Made by a program: the position numbers and the translations under genes. Positions 41,501 through 54,556 of a stretch of 64,000 nucleotides of DNA are shown here, piece after piece; position 1 is the first letter of the stretch, and each line of letters starts with the position of its first letter. The DNA comes from Trichoplax adhaerens (Eukaryota > Animalia > Placozoa): the NCBI RefSeq assembly GCF_000150275.1, contig NW_002060949.1, positions 4,831,006 through 4,895,005 on the forward strand, written 5' to 3'. The notes below the pieces were generated by a model, which searched no databases, was not told the DNA's origin, and worked only from the letters and a program-made list of their open reading frames with translations.

Positions 41501-43741
41501 TATATTCTGACTAACACTAGACGATTTTAAACTTTCATATTCTAAATTATCGAAGCTTAATACATGAATACAGTCATCTTAATAATTAGGTATATTTTAT
41601 TTTGTAGGTGATAGTTTAAATAATGATTGTAATCAGTATTTAGAAATATATTGACTGTGAAAAAACTAAAGATATAGATGGATACGCGTTTCATAATACA
41701 ATCAATCTATACTATGCGCTATACTGCTTTAATCCGATTGTATCATTTATCAACAAATATTAAATTATACTCTAACACGATACCATTTTCCTTCCGTAAA
41801 CATCAGAATACCATCCCCAAATAGGGTCACCAATGAACATACCAATAAATGATACCTGAAGAAGATCAATTTATTAACAAAATTATACTACTTGCTTTGA
41901 TATTGCTCTCTTTTATTAATTTTAGATAATTCAAAATAAATTTTATCTCTCTTAATAGAACTACCATTGATATCAAAGCTGCTTGTATTGAAGAAATATT
42001 CCAAGCGCATTCTAAAGCACTGGTTAAAATAGATTGGAGGTATACCTCCATACCAGCCACAATCTACAGTAAGCCATCAGAAAGTACATCCATTGTTTTC
42101 ATCATATTTATAATATAAAAATAGAATCAAGTTGTTTTCTTTACTTATATAGAAGAATATTAATTATTCTCATCATATTATGATAAAAGCAGTCGCTACT
42201 TCCACGTAAGAGGTTAGATACTACGTTCATAGTCATTAATGAAATATCAATAAATAGGATTAGAGCGGTATCTAAGCCAGGATTGTTAATCTAGAATAGC
42301 AAAAGTGGATACGCTCGCCATCATTTCTGATTGAAACATATATAATACCACGGAGGTGTAGAATCTGTGCCTACCTAAAACAACACATGTATCTCGATAT
42401 ATTGTATGCCATTTCCAGTATCTAAGTAGTCATTCTCTCAAGAAAAAACTAGCGTTAATTCAATGTTTTTTTCTTAAGTTTGATTGACACTTTCAAGATA
42501 TGAATATAAGTTGATGTACGGTACTCGTCATCATTTCTAATTAAAATATATATAATATCGTAGAAGTGCAGGAACTGTGCTTATTTTAAACAACACACAT
42601 ATCCGGATATATACTGTGCATATTTCTAAAGTTTATGCATTATTCTTTAAAGAAAAAACTAGCCGTAATTTAATGTTTTTCTCTTAAGTTTGATTAACAC
42701 TCCCAAGATATGCATCTAAAATGCAAGCTGGAGTGATCGCTGACTGAATATCCTGCTGTAAGATCGTTATTCATGGCTAATATAAAATAAATTGTCAGTT
42801 GCAGTATTGTACTATCACTGAATTAATAATGATAGGATAGTTTTTATCAGTTCCAACATTATTATTTACCAGCTACAGGACTATTTTTTAATTTTTATCA
42901 ATACAGACTTAATTTAGTCGTCTTTGCTTTGTAAAAATCGATCGAAATAGCGGACATAGTACACTCTTAGTTTGGTAGAGTTATTCTAAAGTTGTAAGCA
43001 ATGTACAATAGGCTACTTAATTTCGTTAAAGGCTAATTTTGATTCAATTTAGCATAACATTCGTTGACTAGTAAAATAATTTTATTCGGCGTAGTATTGC
43101 CTACACCAAGAAATTAATATGGTATCAATTTCTATCTGCTTGACTAACCCAAATACAGCCTGCCAAGAATGTAAGTTTAATTTGATACGAACCAAACCCA
43201 ATATGATTGATATACTCTTCAATAGAATAAGCCTTTCTAAGATTAAAATCTGAGATAAAATAAAGAAACTTTATCAATTTTGCTACTTGAAACTGTATAA
43301 GTTTGAACAAAAGCTTTTGCTGCCATCCTTAAGCCAAAAATGTTTTTGATATAAATTGAGGCGATTAGACAAATTTTATATCCGGTAATGATGAGTGACA
43401 AATATCATAGACAGTATTAGTAAATCATACTTAAAGAAGTATAAAATAGATCAAAATAGTATTTCGGCCATTTAAACTATCGCGATTCTATTACAGATTA
43501 ATGATCTTTCTAGGAATATCAAGGAAGTTGGAAAATGGGCCAGGATCACTGAATGCATTCTGAATAGTAAATGTTATCATTTTAAGTTTATACTGATAAC
43601 TGCTAACTTACGCTGCTATATTATAGGGTATACATAAAATTAGAAAGTCAAAGCAAGTACTTTTTATACTTTACCAGATAAATTGGATGTTGTTGATTGC
43701 TTTAATAGTCTTTCCCTAACTTCTGAGTCTGTTTCAGCCAT
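36821..43741 (-). CDS. SVOP: SVOP/SV2-related MFS transporter, divergent paralogue C (16 exons; last exon uncertain)
   Basis: Exons include 43741-43675, 43249-43149, 42063-41965, 41855-41784, 41022-40898, 40708-40645, exon 11 ~39602-39498, 39001-38890, ~37953-37872, 37432-37343, 37146-37033. Motifs: GFGSYQ, AGMEV, SDVYGRK, CEFLP, PESPRF, QLLGRR, YTAEVYPTSIRA, PIETRGR. Same intron phases as A/B; the 3' end is approximate. Confidence 0.9.
38306..38566. mobile_element. Non-autonomous MITE with 32-bp TIRs and a 4-bp TATT target-site duplication
   Basis: Left end ctgccgttacatgacaaaaggaagcaaggtca (38306); right end tgaccttgcttccttttgtcatataacggcag (ends 38566), one mismatch; tatt directly flanks both ends. 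Confidence 0.85.
42318..42712. repeat. Tandem duplication (~210 bp x2) in SVOP-C intron 2
   Basis: catcatttct.att.aaa.atatataata.c...aagaaaaaactagc...aatt.aatgttttt..cttaagtttgatt.acact..caagatatg occurs twice. Confidence 0.8.
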
Positions 43742-45260
43742 GTTTCTCTTTCGCAGTACGCGTACTATTTTATACCGAAATAACTATCGATTAACACAAT
43801 CTTAAGAACTGTGTAAATCACAACTTAATTCTAGTCGATAGCTATAGTACAATTGAGGTTGAAATAGGTTGTTTTCTATCCAAACTGATGATAAAATGAC
43901 AGGTTTATCGATTTATTGAAAGAGCTGTATAAAATTATAGAACTTTAAATACACTAGAAAATGCTATTACTGACAAACTACGATCGAAAATAACGTCCTT
44001 GAGTTCGTTTTCCAGAGTTATAACGCTGTAAAAGTATCTATTCTATGAACAACATGTATTTAAGAGTAATTTTTCGACACTATATTATACATGGGTTCTA
44101 ATCCTATAGTTTCTATCGTCAATAAACTCAAGCAAAAATAGATCTTAGACTGTTGCAGTATTCTAAGATATCTACATTTAAAATTACTATTTTATATCTG
44201 TCTTCTCGTTAGCTTCAACGAGAATTTTACTCAATAGCCATTGATTCTGCAATGGGCTAGGCCGACGGAACGATCAACAGGTCTATTCTTAAGCAATTGT
44301 AAGTACCATCCCATAGGGATTTTGTGGCTATGGCATTGTTTTATTCAATTGTAATCTAGCTATTTATCTTATTGTAAAGTAACTTACTATAGTGATTGTA
44401 GACTATTAGCCATGTTTAGTGTGATGTACAGAAGTGTCTTTTCTATATTTATCTTATGATACAGTATATTTAGTAGCCCATAATTATACAGTAGGCCGTA
44501 AGAATAGACTCTATGCTAGAGTACAGATGACCATATACAGTAAGGTGTTGAGCTACTAATAAGGTTAGAGGTAGAAATAGATATGTAAATCATATAGTAG
44601 TATATGCTTAGTTCATTGTACTTTGAGTGGTAGGAATAATGTCTACGAAAATACAGTAATCATTTCTATACTGGATTAATGATGGTTCGTTGTAAAATAT
44701 TGGAACTAATAATAAGCTGAATATGTGTAAAATATAGTAGAATGCTGCTATGCTGATTGTAGCTGCGAAACACTACGGAGAGTATAAAAGCTGGAAACAT
44801 TAGATTATCTGATTGTTCTTTCTAGAAATTTTTCAGTAGTTATATTCGGCTAGATTAGGGCAGCATGTAGCTAGTCTTTGTATGAGATCTAATAAAGCTC
44901 CAATTTTCTACAACTTTGGAATTTTCGTGATCGGATTTTATCACGCTTATCTATATATAATCCCTACTTAGCCAAAAAACATATTTTAAACCACCAAAGC
45001 TATTCGAATGATTTAATAGCTTTGATGGCTTCAATATATTTTATGCTATCTAGAAGTTATGCATAAATAAGCTATGATGGTTTAAAATATATTTAAAGCT
45101 TTTATGTTCAAACATAAATAAGTTTTGATGATTTAAAATATGATTCTATACTGTCTAGAGATTACATATAAAGATTAATAATTTCGGTATATCTGTAGTA
45201 TTGGCTTAATGTTTAAATGAGTAAGCAAATCCTCTTAGTAGTAGTGTGGTATCTTAGTAG

Positions 45261-45894
45261 TTGTTACAGTGTTATACACTGTATTACAGTAGAAATAACT
45301 ATGTTAGGATAATTCTGTTAGACTATCCTTATTTAGTTAACTTCTAATTTGGATATACTGTATTTTAATATAGCACTGACTTTTTATGACAGTGACACTT
45401 ATACACATACTGAAATTATAATAGTTATAATAGGGAATGCAAATCATCTGCTTACAGTTCGAATCATTGTGATTGTAATTTACTTATGGTAGACTGTAAA
45501 TTATCATGGAAATGTTCCGTGATAGGACATATCGTAATCTGACTATTCTGTATTAGTCATTATATGTCTATGTTCGTAAATACTGTTGTCTGCATTAAGG
45601 GAGCAGTAGCTAAAATTAATATTTAATTCAGTAAATGATTCTAATGTTAATTGTATTAACTATGACTCATGAACTATTGAGGAATAGTATATAAATGCAG
45701 TATATCGTGAAATAAAGAAGAATTGTCTAACTTAGTGTTTAACGTAAAATACGAGGCGTTTAAGTCTTTGTGTAGTCTGCTAGTAGAGCAAAAGTGTTTG
45801 TGATAGTGCAGATATCGTTCCTTGATACGTGGTTCAAGGAATTGACTTATTGATCGTATATTGCGTTATCTTGTTGCAAAGCTGTTTTGTGACA
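45261..45894 (+). repeat. Long inverted repeat, left copy (~634 bp)
   Basis: Reverse complement of 54557-55190 with only a handful of mismatches seen by eye. Confidence 0.95.
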
Positions 45895-47428
45895 GTAGTC
45901 TAGTCTAAGAATTGACGTATATATCTTATGGTTGATTTCCCTACTACTCGGAGTGCTAACTCCTATCGAAACGTTAAGTAACCTTTTTATATAATAATAA
46001 CGAACTTCAATTACAGTCTCGACAGGAGTTTACTCATCAAGTAGCACGTAAATCAATCAAAAGACAAATATACTAATTCTTAAATTAGATTGTTACAAAG
46101 CTATAATACTACGAATAGAATTTGCTGAGTCATTGAAACATAAAGCTAATATTGTAGATACGCTAGGATTAGTAATCTTCATACTTAATACTTAGATAGC
46201 AAAATAATATACCGTAATTTTAATCATCTAAGCTATTCGAATAACTTAAATTATTGCTCTATATAGTTATTGTACGTAAAAATCAACAGGCAGTTCATTC
46301 AAGCTAAATATAAAGAATTGATCACTTTATTAGTTCAATGTTATTTATGTAATTTAAAAGAGGGGAAAATGATTAGTGTAATCGATATTTACTACCGATA
46401 GCATATTTAAATGATTGCAATTTATGTTAGCAACCCGCGTTAGCGTAATGCCGAAGATACAATGATATCAATATAAAGACCTATTAACCCATCACATTAT
46501 TTCGATCACCTTTACGCCAAAAATATTACATATTCGAATTAAAACTACGATATACTCGTTTCTTTGAATTTCCATCAATAAATGATGTCAGATACTGAAG
46601 AATGATTAAAAAAAGTCCATGAAAATAGTTGCTTAATTGCATACTAAATTAGATGAACAAAGCAACGGATATCTGAGTAGTTATATTAAATATTGATAGC
46701 AATTTACATGCAAAAATCAGGCTTGCAAAGTGGTAATCAATCAAGATGGGGTTGAATTAAGAAAAACTCACAAAATCACGATAACTATCTGAATTTGTAC
46801 CAATACTAATGTTAATACTGAAGATTAGAAATAGTTTGGAAAGGTAGTTGCAGGATCATGAGCGGAATCACTCGAATAGATGACCTAAAAAGCACCGTAA
46901 TTTTGTTAATGCATTTAAATACAGTAAAAATCAACCCTGTAATATAATAGAAGAAATTAGTTCTATAGTAATCCTAGCAGCATAGTTCTATCGTTATAAT
47001 AAGATCATTTTTAGCATACTTCAAACTGAAGTAGTTCCGAAGTTAATTTATTTAGAGCAATTTTATACCTCAGTTATCAATTAAATTAATAAACGATGAA
47101 TAAAACTCTAGTTTAAATATTCAACTCTTGTACTACTAGTGACCTTTGGACAATGGCCTCTGCTCCCTTGCATTTGTATTATTATTATACGAGCTAAGGT
47201 AATTAATTGCTTTTCTATTAACTATCTTACTATGCATTAAGCTTAAAGTCTTATTTAATGTCACTGCAAGATATTGTACACGTACATGTATCTCATCAGG
47301 ATCTAATACGCGATAATAACGCTTCCTTTCAGACACTCTCATACCAAGCATGTCTCTATAGACTCGTTTTATATACAAATATCTACATGGGTTCCTACTA
47401 GGACATTGTAAACCTGTTTAAAAATCTA

Positions 47429-50400
47429 ATGATGGCCAGTTTAAATTTAACTGGTGAAATATTTGCAAGCAATTCCGAACATTCAATTGATAATCATTCA
47501 GTACTTGGTGATCAATTAGGTACATGAAAGATAATTTCGAACTTAGAATTTCGTGATATCGGATGATTTCAGAATTAGAGACTTTTCAGATACAACAAAA
47601 TTATATAATGCCTAGTAGTTGATTGCAAATTGAGAAGAAAAATAATTTTACATATCATGGTCAAGAACTATTTACATCCGTTGATCAGCTCTTTAACTTT
47701 ATGGTTGCTGTTAAAAATAATATACAAAGTATGTGCGAGATCTTTGATATAACATTTCTCACTTCCATATTAGATTGCGACCAAGACCGCACAGTCGAAG
47801 ATTGTATTAACTCGATAGGATTTGGCAAGTATCAAATTCGACTATTATTATTGGCAGGATGCGATACGGTAAGATAAATGAGGGTAATTATAGATTAATT
47901 CAGATTTTAAACAATTTTTCTTATAAAGTCTTCTTATAATAGGAAAGTATAATCTACAAATAGGATAAGAAATAAAACTTACACTTTTTTCTATTATTGA
48001 ATTCAAAATTTTTATTTGACAACTCCGATCCAATATTATTGCAGTCGATCTTATCATAGATCTGATTGATTAATTCTACCTTTTAAGTTTAATATACAAC
48101 AAAATAAAACACTAGATATAAAATAATGATAGATATATTACTAATCACCTACATAGTTTAGATTCTATCAGATAATACAGCATTTATTCTTATGACTTCA
48201 TTAATCACCAGAGTTGTATCTGTACAATCCATTCTAACAACATTCAATATCGGTCATATTCCAATCTAATTTAGAGCACACATCAGAAATGCTAATTGAA
48301 GCCATTTTTATTTTATATTTCTTAAATGACGATAATTATTTATTTAGGCTAGCCTGTCGATAGGTGGATAATACTGTATTTATAATGTCAAGATACGTAA
48401 ACACAAAATGTCCGAATCTTAGTAATGATAATTTTAGTACTAATAGGTTAGGATTTAATGATACATATTAACCGAATTCTATCATACTCTACATTACCTA
48501 GTTACGATTCTTTCGGGCCAATAGTAATTCTATCTCACTCAAGTCTGCCTTAATTCTATCTATGGACTAGCTAAAACACGTATTTTTTATATTGATTACG
48601 AAATTAGCTCGTTGATGCCATGGAAGTCATGTTATTAGCCATTATTGGACCTGTACTTCTATGTGAATGGTCTCTATCGCCATGGCAAGAAGCTTTCATG
48701 ACAACGGTATCGATATCCAGATTTTAACAGCTACCAGATATACTACATGTACATTGTACAGTAATCGACGGACCTATGGATATATCATAGATATTAACGC
48801 AGAAACGAATACTATTTGAACTAAATTTTCGTAATCGTCGATAAATTATAATATTGCCAATGTATGAACTACTTATATTATAACCCATAATTTGATGGAC
48901 TTGCAGCTGATTATTATATCATTCTCTAAGGAGCTATATTGTTTTGTGCACAGTATTGAAGACTGTAGTTGCAACCACCACATAATCATAATTATGGAAG
49001 TACTCCAATAAAATTATGAGATACGCCACAGTTATACGGTAGTAGGCTCACGAGTTATACCGGACAGTAAACTCAAACTAATATGGGATGAATACGATAG
49101 AAATGGAGATTGCAATCCTATTATGATAGCCAGACCCGTTATTGTAACGGGCATTTACTGCTAGTTGCTTTAATTTATTTTCTATATTCTTTTACAGTTC
49201 GTTTTTATTGGGATAGGTATTGGCGCACTCTTTTGGGGTTGGATATGTGATATCTATGGCCGTAAATTGGTAAATTGTCTCAAATATACTATTTGATCAC
49301 GATCATACAATATTATTATTTTGCTAACAATCCATAACAGACAAGATCATGACGTCAGTAATTAGTGATTGATCTGCTAATAGCAGAAATGCAATAATGG
49401 CTGCTTACTTTGCCAAACAGTATCATATCGTATCTAGATACTAATTGCAGCTTATCAAATACGGTCACTTTGCATATCTTAAATTATAAATATGGACCTA
49501 ATTTTACAATGCTATGCAAGCTATTCAATTGGTAATATGTTATATGAATTATTTTTATTATACAACTTATTGAAACACTTTGGTTTTGCAACAAATACTC
49601 AGTAGTCTTAGGGTTAAAATATTCTGGACCGGAAATAGATATTTAAAAAACATTATTCTACTGTAACCTGGAGATAATGTGGACAAATCTATAAATTTCC
49701 GATATAAAATCTATTTAGTAACGTAGTGTACAATTGATAGTGTTTACATAAGGTATTTAAGATCATACTAATTTTCATCCGGCTTAAGTTTTGCTAGGGC
49801 GATCTTAAGGAATACAAGTGATTTAGTCAGCAATATAGAATTCATAACTCTGTCACTTTGCTGAGAATAGTCTTTAAATTAGCTCGTACGGCATCTATTT
49901 TAAGTATTTTAATCTTATATATTTGTTAATTTATTAGGGTGTACTCTCAGCAGCTATCCTAACATTCTACTACGGGTTTCTGTGTTCTTTTTCTCCAAGT
50001 TATTTCTGGATTATTTGTACAAGAGCATTAACTGGATTCAGTTTATCGGGATCTACTCAAATGTATGCCATTACATAAAATTTTTAAAGTGCTTTAGCCA
50101 TTCTAACGATCATAAACAAAAAACTCTCACAACTGTGATTAAAATAGTAGATAGTGCATCTACTGATGGTAATTCATGAACATCTCATAACAAGAATAAA
50201 TTACTACTAACGTGCCTTTATTGTTCGATGCTAATATTCTGCATTTATCGTCATTGAATTGATAGGGTGACAATTCTTAGTGAATTTTTGCCGACGCCCA
50301 TTAGAGCTCGAGCTGTCATCTTTCTCTCGGTACTTATGCAGAATTAAATGCAGCGAACAAAACTAAGTCCTTTATAGCCCAATACTCTATTTATTGTCGT

Positions 50401-53400
50401 ATATTTTAGGTATTTTGGTCAACAGGAGTTACTTTAGAAGTTCTTCTAGCCTATGCAATCATGCCACATCTTGGTTGGAGGTATCTGGTGGCAATTTCTA
50501 CTTTCCCCTGTATTTTCTTCTCTTTTTTCTTCAGAGTAGGATCAGTTTTATTCCTTGATATGCTATTTAGACTCAAATATCTGTGAACTGTCTTCTAGTA
50601 TATTAATAACAATTTAATGATTAGTATCTTCCAGAATCTCCACGGTATTTAATAAATTCCAGACAATACGCCAAAGCAGTAGCTACTTTACAGAATGCAG
50701 CAAGAGTGAATGGTAAGCCAATTTTGCAGGGAACTATTAAGCAACCTACAAAGGTCTGTAAAAATTTTGCGATTATTTACTCACTGTTGAGTGCTTTATT
50801 TAAACCTATATAATAAGATAAATAAGGCATTTATATTGGTAGTATTGCGATATTACTCTTAATGAAAATTTAAATAGATGAATTATGGAAGACTGCGAAA
50901 CTTATTAATGCCACCGTATAGAAAAACAACATTATTACTTTGGACAATATGGTAAAGATGAATGCTCCTTCATATGATCAGTAAATAAATCCTAGTAACC
51001 TGATACCTTACTTCATGGTGCTCTATTCGAAATTTTGATTAGAGTATCTACTAAGAATTTTTAAAGACTATCTGATTATTATAGACTTAAAATTAATTCA
51101 TTCTAATAGTATAACAGGTGGTTTATTTCATTCAAGATATTCTATTTGTTAACAATCAGGTTCTGTACTGGCTTCACATACTACGGCATTATATTAATTG
51201 CTCCACTGGTGTATTCTACTGATCACTGTGGTAATTTATCTATCAAACTACTCTTGTAATATTATTTAATTCTATTAACTAAGTGATCCTATTATCATAC
51301 TCTAAATCAGCAGCAATCTGATTTTTATAGGTGCAAACAGCCTTGTACAATCCAAGTGTGATTGTAAAGTCTTAACCACAGCTGATTATGGACAACTTTT
51401 AATTACGACCCTCGCAGAATTTCTAGGTTGATCTATACATATAATACTAGCAGTAGCATTACTTAAACTATTTCAATCTGATATCTACATCACTTGATGA
51501 TACTATTTGTTAGGCACATTTCTATCCTTTGCTTTAATTGAAAGACTAGGAAGGAAAAAATTACTAGCCTTGGAATGTTTAATATCGGCGGTATTATTTT
51601 TTGTCTTGATTGTCTGCAATATGACAATGTAAGTCTGATTCATTTTTATATGTATTAATTAAATCGACCTTATTGTTCTATGCGTATTACTTTATAATTG
51701 CAAGTAATATGTATAAAACTATTGCGATTCCCTGATCTATAGTCAAACGAAGACTATCATAATGTTCATAAACAGAGCTATGCTGGTAGGAGAGTATCAA
51801 GTCATCACTCTATACACACCTGAGGTATACCATTTAATGCTACTCCTAAGGTGTTAATTCCTTCATATTTCCTACGCAAATCAATTTTACTTATAATATC
51901 CAGATTGAAGTTAAACTCATAATGTAGTTGAGTCAATAACAATAGTAAGGCGCTCTGTACACTCCTAAGTATACAGTTCCGTCTAACACTACTTTAAAAC
52001 GTTAATTCCTTCATTTTCCTATATAAACTATAAACTAATCCTATTTACAATATTTATAATACAGTTAAATTTATAATCTAGTTTAGCTGATAGCCATGTT
52101 AAGACGCTCTTTATATACCTGAGGTATACCATCTAATGCGACGTCTAAAATGTTAATTCCTTAATATTCGCTGCATAAATTAATTTTATTTTATTTATAA
52201 TATTCATATTACAGTTAAATTTATAATCTAGTTTAGTCAATCACAATAGTAAGGCATTAAATGTTTATGAATTTTTATCATCGTTCTAGAGAAGCATTAC
52301 AATTTGGGTTTAATTTGCTTCCTTGTTATTTATATAAAGTATTTTGCATGGCAATTATATTTACCTATACGTAATAACATATTTATTCCGTATTTCCAGA
52401 TATATCCAACTAGCTCTCGAGCAAGTGGTTTAGGCTTCTGTAGCGGTTTTTCTCGACTCAGCGCCATGGTTACACCGTTTATTGCGCAGGTTTTAGCGAA
52501 ATTTAATTTTATACAATTTGATTCTAACAGCTAAACTTTGCATTCCCTTTTCATCGCAATTTTGTGTAGTGTACCTCTCGATAGTTGCCATAACAAAAAA
52601 CGACTGATAGTTCATTTCATAAGATCTGGAAGACGAGCATCAGATTCATTTGTTTCATATTCTTGCTATTAGTCTGCTTTTAATGCTTACTACGTGAAAT
52701 TGTCTCAGTATTACGATGCAATAAATAGGTACTGTACTACTATACTAGCTACAGTTACCCGTTTCTTGCACAAATATTTAGTTATATTTCTATTCCTTAT
52801 TCATTGCTCCATCATGACGCACATCTATGTTTTCATCAGGATTGGAATATTATGACGACAAATCACGATTACATTTAATCCGTAATTTAATATGCATACT
52901 CGTGTATCGAAATTTTGTATTTCGAAAGATAAATATTAATGTATGTACATAATTTTACATTTTCTCTATGATGCTTCGAATAAATTCCGCCTATAGACCA
53001 AACTTAAATTCGATTTCGTAGTCTCAATTACTACCATGCAATCAGTAAACGTAAACTCATTGCAAACTAGGAAAACAAAATTAATTTAGAATCTAAAATT
53101 ATTGATACTTTAATTTGATAAATTATAATTATTAATAGATACCTCTTCTTAGTTGAATATATTGAATAGACTACTTTATTCTTGATATATAGATTGTCTT
53201 TACAAAAACGAAGGCTTTAGCTTTATCCATCTATGGACTAGTGTCACTTTTGAGTGCTGCATGTTCAATTATGCTACCTATCGAAACTAAAGGACGCACA
53301 ATGCAGGTAAAATTAGACTTTAAATGATCGGGATTGGTGTTACAAATCTAACCAGAAAAGTAATTATTCATTGAAGTATGTCTATCTCAAAGGCTAGATA

Positions 53401-53468
53401 ATGCTCCAATTTATCTAGAACTAGTCTCGCTTAATAAATATATTTCTATTTATAAGGAAAAATTATAG
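47429..53468 (+). CDS. SVOP: SVOP/SV2-related MFS transporter, paralogue D (16 exons)
   Basis: Exons 47429-47519, 47774-47868, 48608-48706, 49198-49269, 49938-50062, 50266-50329, 50410-50535, 50625-50753, 50878-50951, 51160-51230, ~51331-51426, 51514-51628, 51743-51824, 52400-52489, 53193-53306, 53457-53468 (EKL*). Motifs: GFGKYQ, DAMEV, CDIYGRK, SEFLP, PESPRY, ERLGRK, YTPEIYPT, PIETKGR. Confidence 0.93.
51808..52256 (+). repeat. Tandem triplication (~150 bp) spanning the exon 13 donor of SVOP-D
   Basis: Units start ctct.ta.a.acct.aggtatac at 51808, 51953 and 52107. Confidence 0.8.
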
Positions 53469-54556
53469 GTTAAAATTAAATAGTCCTTTAATTATAATAG
53501 GAATAGCTAGCATTTTGGAAAATTATCATCAAAGCTACTGACATATCTCGAAGGAATCTGACTGGGCACAAACAATACCAGTACAATAGCTGCATGATAT
53601 ATGATTGAATATAAGTATTAAAAAGATGAACTTTCAAGATTTTGTTGCAATAATTTTTATTAATTTATCGCTTCGTACAATATGTATTTTTAATATCCAA
53701 TGCTAAAATAAAAGCTGATGCAAATAAGATTTGGATATATTTCAGCTGCTTAGCAGTTTCAATTCATATCTGTGTAACGTGTAATTAATAAATTTGACTA
53801 TTTTAAGTTCATTTACATCACAAACTATCAGACTTTGTACATATCTATAATGTTCTTGTTTTGACATCAAAATTAAGTAATAGCAAGATGATTAGACTGT
53901 CGATTAACTTGAAGATTAATAGATTCCTATACGATTACTTTATGTGATGTCCTATTTTAAAGCCTTCTAACTCACTTTCTGTTGCGTCATAGAATCTCAG
54001 CAATTAGAATAATAAGATGGAGTAGCATATATCATAACATTTTTATAAAAGAATTAATTTTCGAATAGATGTATTCATTTTAGCAACTTTTATTAACATT
54101 AGCCTTAGCTTGGCATCGTAAATTATTATCAGAAAAAATTTAATAGTTTAATTCCGTGGCATTGCAGTCAACTTCTACTTGTATGAAATATTTCTGTTAC
54201 AAATCGATTGAAATAAATTTCTCTAAATTTGGCAGGTTTATGCAAAATATATAGTCTTACTAAAGGGACTGCTATTATTTATCATATATTTGAATAAAAT
54301 AGCAGCACAGAAAAGTAAAAGAAATTCTTTATCTAGTTCAATACAAATGGACTAACGTATCGCCTAAAAAATATTACATCATTGGAATCAACTAGGGCTA
54401 GAGAAATAACGAAATTTAAGCTATTTATTTACTGATGGAGATAATCAAGATTTTTAAATGATTTAAGAATACTAGAGGACGTCAAATATTATTCTTAACA
54501 GTAAGAAATATATCAATAATAGTAAGTTCAATTACTTTCAAATTTTTATAGATTAG

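Noticed and set aside
17802-53468. Non-canonical (AT-AC/U12) introns or recoding in the SVOP genes
   Set aside because: Every junction I traced is GT-AG and keeps frame; no readthrough or frameshift is needed.
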